Origin: Octopus vulgaris
Lineage: Eukaryota
Direction: 5' to 3'
Length of the DNA stretch: 64,000 nt
Assembly: GCA_951406725.2 (NCBI GenBank)
Contig: OX597843.1
Coordinates: 7,254,001 to 7,318,000, forward strand
The notes under the pieces are model-generated. The model saw only the letters and a list, made by a program, of their open reading frames with translations, was not told the DNA's origin and searched no databases. Numbering within the stretch: the first letter of the stretch is position 1; each line of letters opens with the position of its first letter. Of this stretch, positions 58,356-64,000 are shown one piece after another. Made by a program: the position numbers and the translations under genes.

Positions 58356-58577
58356 GCCGCCAATATGAAACCTTCAGTCTCACAACTCGCGCACACATCG
58401 CATAAATCAATGAACATATTTCACATATACAGCATACATTACACACACGTCACAGAAATCTCTCTTTAGCATAACAGTCATCACACGTACACATCACACA
58501 CTCATATACACATACACCGCACACACACACACACACATACAAATATACATATATATACTCTCTCTTCTCTTCTACCC

Positions 58578-58960
58578 TCTTTTACTAGTTTCAGTCATTT
58601 GACTGCGGCCATGCTGGAGCACCGCCTTTAGTCGAGCAATTCGACCCCAGGACTTATTCTTTGTAAGTCTAGTACTTATTCTATCGGTATCTTTTGCAAA
58701 ACCACTAAGTTATGGGAACATAAACACACCAGCATCGGTTGTCAAGCGATGTTGGGAGGGGGACAAACACAGACACACAAACACACATACACATATATAC
58801 ATATACATATATATGACGGGCTTCATTCAGTTTCCGTCAACCAAATCCACTCACAAGGCTTTGGTCGGCCTGAGGCTGTAGTAGAAGACACTTGCCCAAG
58901 GTGTCATGCAGTGGGAATGAACCTGGTGAGTAATCTACTTACCACACAACCACCCCTGCG

Positions 58961-58963
<3 letters not shown>
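58578..58963 (-). mobile_element. SINE family A, full length
   Basis: Tail to head (cctgcgcc) on the minus strand. Confidence 0.9.
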
Positions 58964-59005
<42 letters not shown>

Positions 59006-59009
59006 GTAT

Positions 59010-59206
59010 CACAGAGGGGACAAACAAGGACAGACATAGGTCGATTACATCGACCCCAGTGCGTAACTGGTACTTAATTTATCGACCCCGAAACGATGAA
59101 AGGCAAAGTTGACCTCGGAGGAATTTGAACTCACAACGTAACGGCAGACGAAATATCGCTAAGCATTTCGCCCGGCGTGCTAACGATTCTGCCAGCTCGC
59201 CACCTT
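59010..59206 (-). mobile_element. SINE family B, 5' unit
   Basis: cccggcgtgctaacgattctgccagctcgccacc and core motif. Confidence 0.88.
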
Positions 59207-59245
59207 AGTATGTATCTATACCTACATGTATACATACATATCTAT

Positions 59246-59281
<36 letters not shown>

Positions 59282-59980
59282 TATCATTATTATTATTATC
59301 ATTATTATTATTATTATTTGATTTTACTATCGATTAATAATGTTTATGCCATATTCCGGTTTGTTTACATCTATTTTCTTTAAAATCGAAAGTTTAAAAG
59401 TAGGAAGGATGTGTGTGAGTGTGAGTGAGAGTGAGAGAGAGAGAGAGGCGGGTAGAGAAATATGTATGTATATATATATGTGTGTGTGTGCGTTTGTATG
59501 TGTGTGGTATGTACGCGTGATGACTGTGTTTTGGGTAAAAAGAGATTTCTGTGCCATATGTGTAATGTATAATGTATATGTGAAATATGTGCATTGATTT
59601 ATGCGATGTGTGCGCGATTTGTGTATGTGTGTGTGTGTGTGTGAGAGATAGAGAGAGAGAGAGAGAGAAGAGATCTCTGTGCGATGTTATATGTGTATGA
59701 AAAATGTGTTTGTTTCGTATGTGCATGTGATGTGTGCGTCAGAAGTGATGTATGTGCATGATGTTTGTGTGAAATGTGGGAAATTGTGTCGAACGTTCAC
59801 ATGAAATGTGTGTCTGTGTATGATGTGTGTATGATATGAATGTGAAGAGATATTTCTACGTGGTATATGTGTAAGATCTTTGTGTGAAATGTGTGCGGCG
59901 ATATGTGCGATGTGGGAGGAGATATTCCTGTGTGGTTTGTGTTGAATGTTTATGTGAAATGTGAGGGCGAAATATGTAAT

Positions 59981-60017
<37 letters not shown>

Positions 60018-60126
60018 ATGTGCATATGATATGAATGTGAAGAAATATTTCTGTGTGATATATGCGTAGGATTTTTGTGTGAAATTTGTGCGGTGGTATG
60101 TGTATCTGACTTTTGTGCGCGCGCGC

Positions 60127-60173
<47 letters not shown>

Positions 60174-60354
60174 GAAGGGTTGTGTGATGTACGTGTAGGA
60201 TGGGTATGTGAAATATGTGTGTATGTAATGTGTATGAGGTGAGTTTGTGGATTGTATGCGTCAGATATTTGTATGAAATGTGCGTGGTAATGCATGCGGT
60301 GTGTATGAACTGTGTAAGAGAGAGAAGAGTGGTGTATATGTATGTGTGATATAT

Positions 60355-60404
<50 letters not shown>

Positions 60405-60408
<4 letters not shown>

Positions 60409-60830
60409 TAATGTGTCCTTCCTTGTTGTTTAGCCCCAGGTCAACCCTGATCCAGACACACCTATGATCTAAGATTTTCCAGCTGTGACCATCCTCTCTT
60501 TTATTCACACGTAGTGTATCTAGGACTACATTATCTAATGTGTCCTTCCTTGTCATTATTGCTTAACCCCAGGTCAGTCCTGATCCGGCAGACCTATGAT
60601 CAAAGATGTTCCAACTATGACCATCTTGTTTTTTATTCAGACATAGTGTACCTAAGACTACATTATCTAATGTATCTTTCCTTGTTGTCGTTGTTGTTGT
60701 TGTTGTTTAGCCCCAGGTTAGTTCTGAACCAGACTGAACAATGATCAAAGATGTTCCAGGTGTGACCATCCTGTCCTTTATTCAGGCATAGTGTATCTAG
60801 GACCACATTATCCAATGTGTCCTTTCTTTT
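60405..60830 (-). repeat. Second tandem array (~3.5 units) of the ~121-bp tail repeat
   Basis: Same unit as 5180-5820; upstream motif at 60955-60990. Confidence 0.85.
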
Positions 60831-61579
60831 TTGCAAGTAACTAAATAAACTGTGTGATAGTTGAGGAGTATTTGACTACTATTTCTTGTCTCTTGGTCAA
60901 CCACCGTATTAAAAGTCTCTCCCTCCTTTCGGATGTAGTAGGATGTGATTGCAGGAGATTCGGTTGCTATTTTCAGCATGACGTGTGACCTTCGGGAGAC
61001 TAGCAAGTCTTTCGTAGGATTTGAAACCAGCACCGTTTGTTTGTTTCCATTTAAACACACTACCACCCAAACCGTCAACACTGCCACCACTTTGTACGCA
61101 GAAGCTGGTACTACTACCAACACATTCAACGCCACCACTACCACCATCATCATCAACATCAGCAGCACCATCATCATCGTCATCACCATCTTCATCATCT
61201 TGACCAAGCGTCTTCACCACCACCACCACCACTTAAACTGCAGCCTACACCACCACCACCACCACCACCACCACCACCACCGTCGCCACACTGTACATGA
61301 CCACTCCATTGCTTTACTCCACACCACCGTCGCAACTAAAGCACATCAACGCCGCCGCCGCCACCAGGGCTAACCTCTCATCTGTTTACATCAATCTGTC
61401 TGAAACCAGATCGATATTTGATCTCACCACTACCACCACCACCACCACTACCATCACCACCACCACCACCACCACCACCAACAACAACAACAACTACTAC
61501 TACTACTACTACTACTACAATGCTCTCCCTCTCTCAATTTCTCTGCCTCTCTCTCTCTCTATGTCTTTTCTCCAATCAT

Positions 61580-61640
<61 letters not shown>

Positions 61641-63177
61641 CATGCGTGTCTCTCCCTCTCTCTCTCTGTTTCTTTTCTCTTCCTCTCTCTCCCTTTCTCC
61701 TTATGTCTGCCTATGTGTCCCTTTCGTCCTCCTCTCTCTCTCCCTATTTCTTCTCTGTTCTTCTCTTTCATCTTTCCTCTCCATCTCTCCTCCACCTCTT
61801 TCACTTCTCCATCTTCAGTTTCTCTCTCCTTCCCTCCCTCCCCCTCCCCCTCTTGTCAATTGATTCAATCTTATTGTTGAGAATGTTGACAGCTTGGACC
61901 AGCTGGACGAGAGATAAGGGGGGTGGAGAGCTGGGGGTGGCGGTGATGATGTTGGTGGAAGTGGCGGTGGTAGTAGTTGCGATGGTGGTGATGATGTTGA
62001 TGATGGTGGTAGCGATAGTGGTGGTGTTGGTGATGGCGGTAGTGGCAACGATGAAGGTAGTGGTTGTGGTGGTACTATGAGGGGTTGGGTACATAGTAAT
62101 CACATACAGCTGCCGTGTTACACTGGCAGCGGTGGTGGTGGTGGTGGTTGCGTATTAATGTTACAGCACTGACGCGGTGGTAGTATGTAGTGGTGAGGTG
62201 ACAGCGAATAGTTTCGGTGGTAGTGTACAACTGTAGTATAGGCCGTGTTGTAACGTTGTTGCTGGCGTAGTGGCGGCACTAGCAGTACCATAGCGGTGGT
62301 GGTGTTTGTGGTGGTGGTGTGAAGTTTCAGTGATAGTATACAGCTGCTTTGTTATTGATATAGTGTTGGTCGTTGTGATGATGATGGTGGTGGTGATTTG
62401 GTAGTGTTGTGGAGGTAGTATGATGGTTATATATATGTATAATGGAGTGGTGATATTGACTAACTTAGCCGGTAGTTTACAGCTGCGGTGATAGTGTAAT
62501 AACAACAGCATTTGTTAAAGAGGCGATGGAGTAGGTGGCGGCGGCGATGGTGGTGGCGGTGTGTTGTGGTGGAATGTAGTGGCGGTGACGATGTGGTGCT
62601 GGATGCTGGCAGCAGCTGTTTTAATATTGACAACAATATCTGCTTGTCTCACGTTGCGAAAGGACGGATATAAATGGTATCGGCGATTTTAACCGATGGT
62701 GGCGCTGCTTGTGCTTCAGCTGCTGCTGCTGATGCTGCTAGTGATAGGTCCACCATTATATTGGTGGTGGTGGTGGTGTTGGTGTGTAGGTTTTATAGAC
62801 GTGGTATTTTAGACAAAACCAGCCGGGGCGGTAGTACATTTCACAGCGATGCGACATAGTGTGTTTACTAACAACCCACCCTCGTTAGGGTATAACTTAC
62901 ACTCCTATTCACCCACAAACCGCTCTATGATGTCTTCATCAATTTATTCATCGCTAGAATCAATGCTTGCGCTGTTATGCAAATTAGACCCGCAAATTTA
63001 AGTCTGTCAGAGTTTGCATGTACTATAAATAAGCGTAAGGTAATATTTAGCTGTTTGTGGTGGACAGAAAGTGATTAATTAATGTGTGATAAGACTTAAA
63101 TAAAGGATAACACTGTTTCGATCGCTGTGTTTTACGCTGGCTACGAAGACAAGACTCGTGATTTAAATCTTGCTTAT

Positions 63178-63328
63178 GGGTGCAAGCATGGACGTGTGGT
63201 TAAGGAGCGCACTTTGCAGCCATGAGTTTCGGGATCAGTCCTACTGCAAAGAACCTTGTGCAAATTGTCTTCTACTATAGTCCGGGGTCGACCAATGCCT
63301 TGTGGGTTAAATTTGTAGACGGAAACTT
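63178..63328 (+). mobile_element. SINE family A 5' half, strongly decayed
   Basis: gggatcagtcctactgc..gtcttctactatag..gtagacggaaact. Confidence 0.65.
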
Positions 63329-63428
63329 CGTTTTAGTATTTTATATGTATATATGTTTGTGTGTGTATGTGTCCACACACATACACATATATATATATAT
63401 ATTTATAGAATACTAAAATGCATAATAT

Positions 63429-63461
<33 letters not shown>

Positions 63462-63514
63462 TCGTGGGTGGGTCTGCGCGTGTGTGTGTGTATATATATG
63501 TATGTATGTATGTA

Positions 63515-63563
<49 letters not shown>

Positions 63564-64000
63564 CATATTTGTATCCATATTGTTTATATCTCTCTCTATA
63601 TAACATTTTTGTCTGTTCTCTTTGTTTTCTCAAACAATTCCACCAAATCAAATCAAATTCCACAAGGTAATTGTATTAGAGCTCTGAGTGTCAACATGAA
63701 GTTTTTTTTTCATTTCGATTAAAACAATATATTTTCTCAAAAATAATCTTTCTATAATCAGCTATAGTAAATGACATTTTATACAACCACTACTACGACG
63801 TCACAGTTTGTATATGTGTGTGTATGTGTTTGTAAGTGTATGTGTGTTCGGGCATTCGTTACGTACGGCATAGTATACCATCACCACCACCACCACCACC
63901 ACCACTACGATACATTTTGTATATGAGTCTATATATGTCTGTGAGTGTGTGTTTGCGCTTTCATTACGTACCATATTCTAAAGGACAATACCCTGTTGAA

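Overview
AT-rich eukaryotic, repeat-saturated intronic or intergenic DNA. The SINE families and microsatellite load look like an octopus (coleoid cephalopod) genome; this is inferred from recognition, not from a search. No host protein-coding gene can be supported, and nearly all listed ORFs are translations of microsatellites. Real coding remnants are all transposon-derived: an L1/Tx1-like ORF2 fragment (24.3-25.4 kb), an R4/Dong-like RLE LINE 3' end in (TAA)n (57.7-58.4 kb), a Helitron Rep fragment (49.5-50.3 kb) and mariner transposase C-termini (8.4 and 50.4 kb). Also present are about 20 copies of one tRNA-headed SINE, two other SINE groups, three Helitrons with recognisable termini, a 166-bp higher-order satellite and tandem arrays of a ~121-bp retroelement tail. 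The most notable signal is 8 or more type-I hammerhead-ribozyme-like motifs from at least four distinct Penelope/retrozyme-like repeat families. Several have palindromic helix III and non-canonical cores, and two form a tandem pair 214 bp apart. Boundaries of decayed repeats are approximate.
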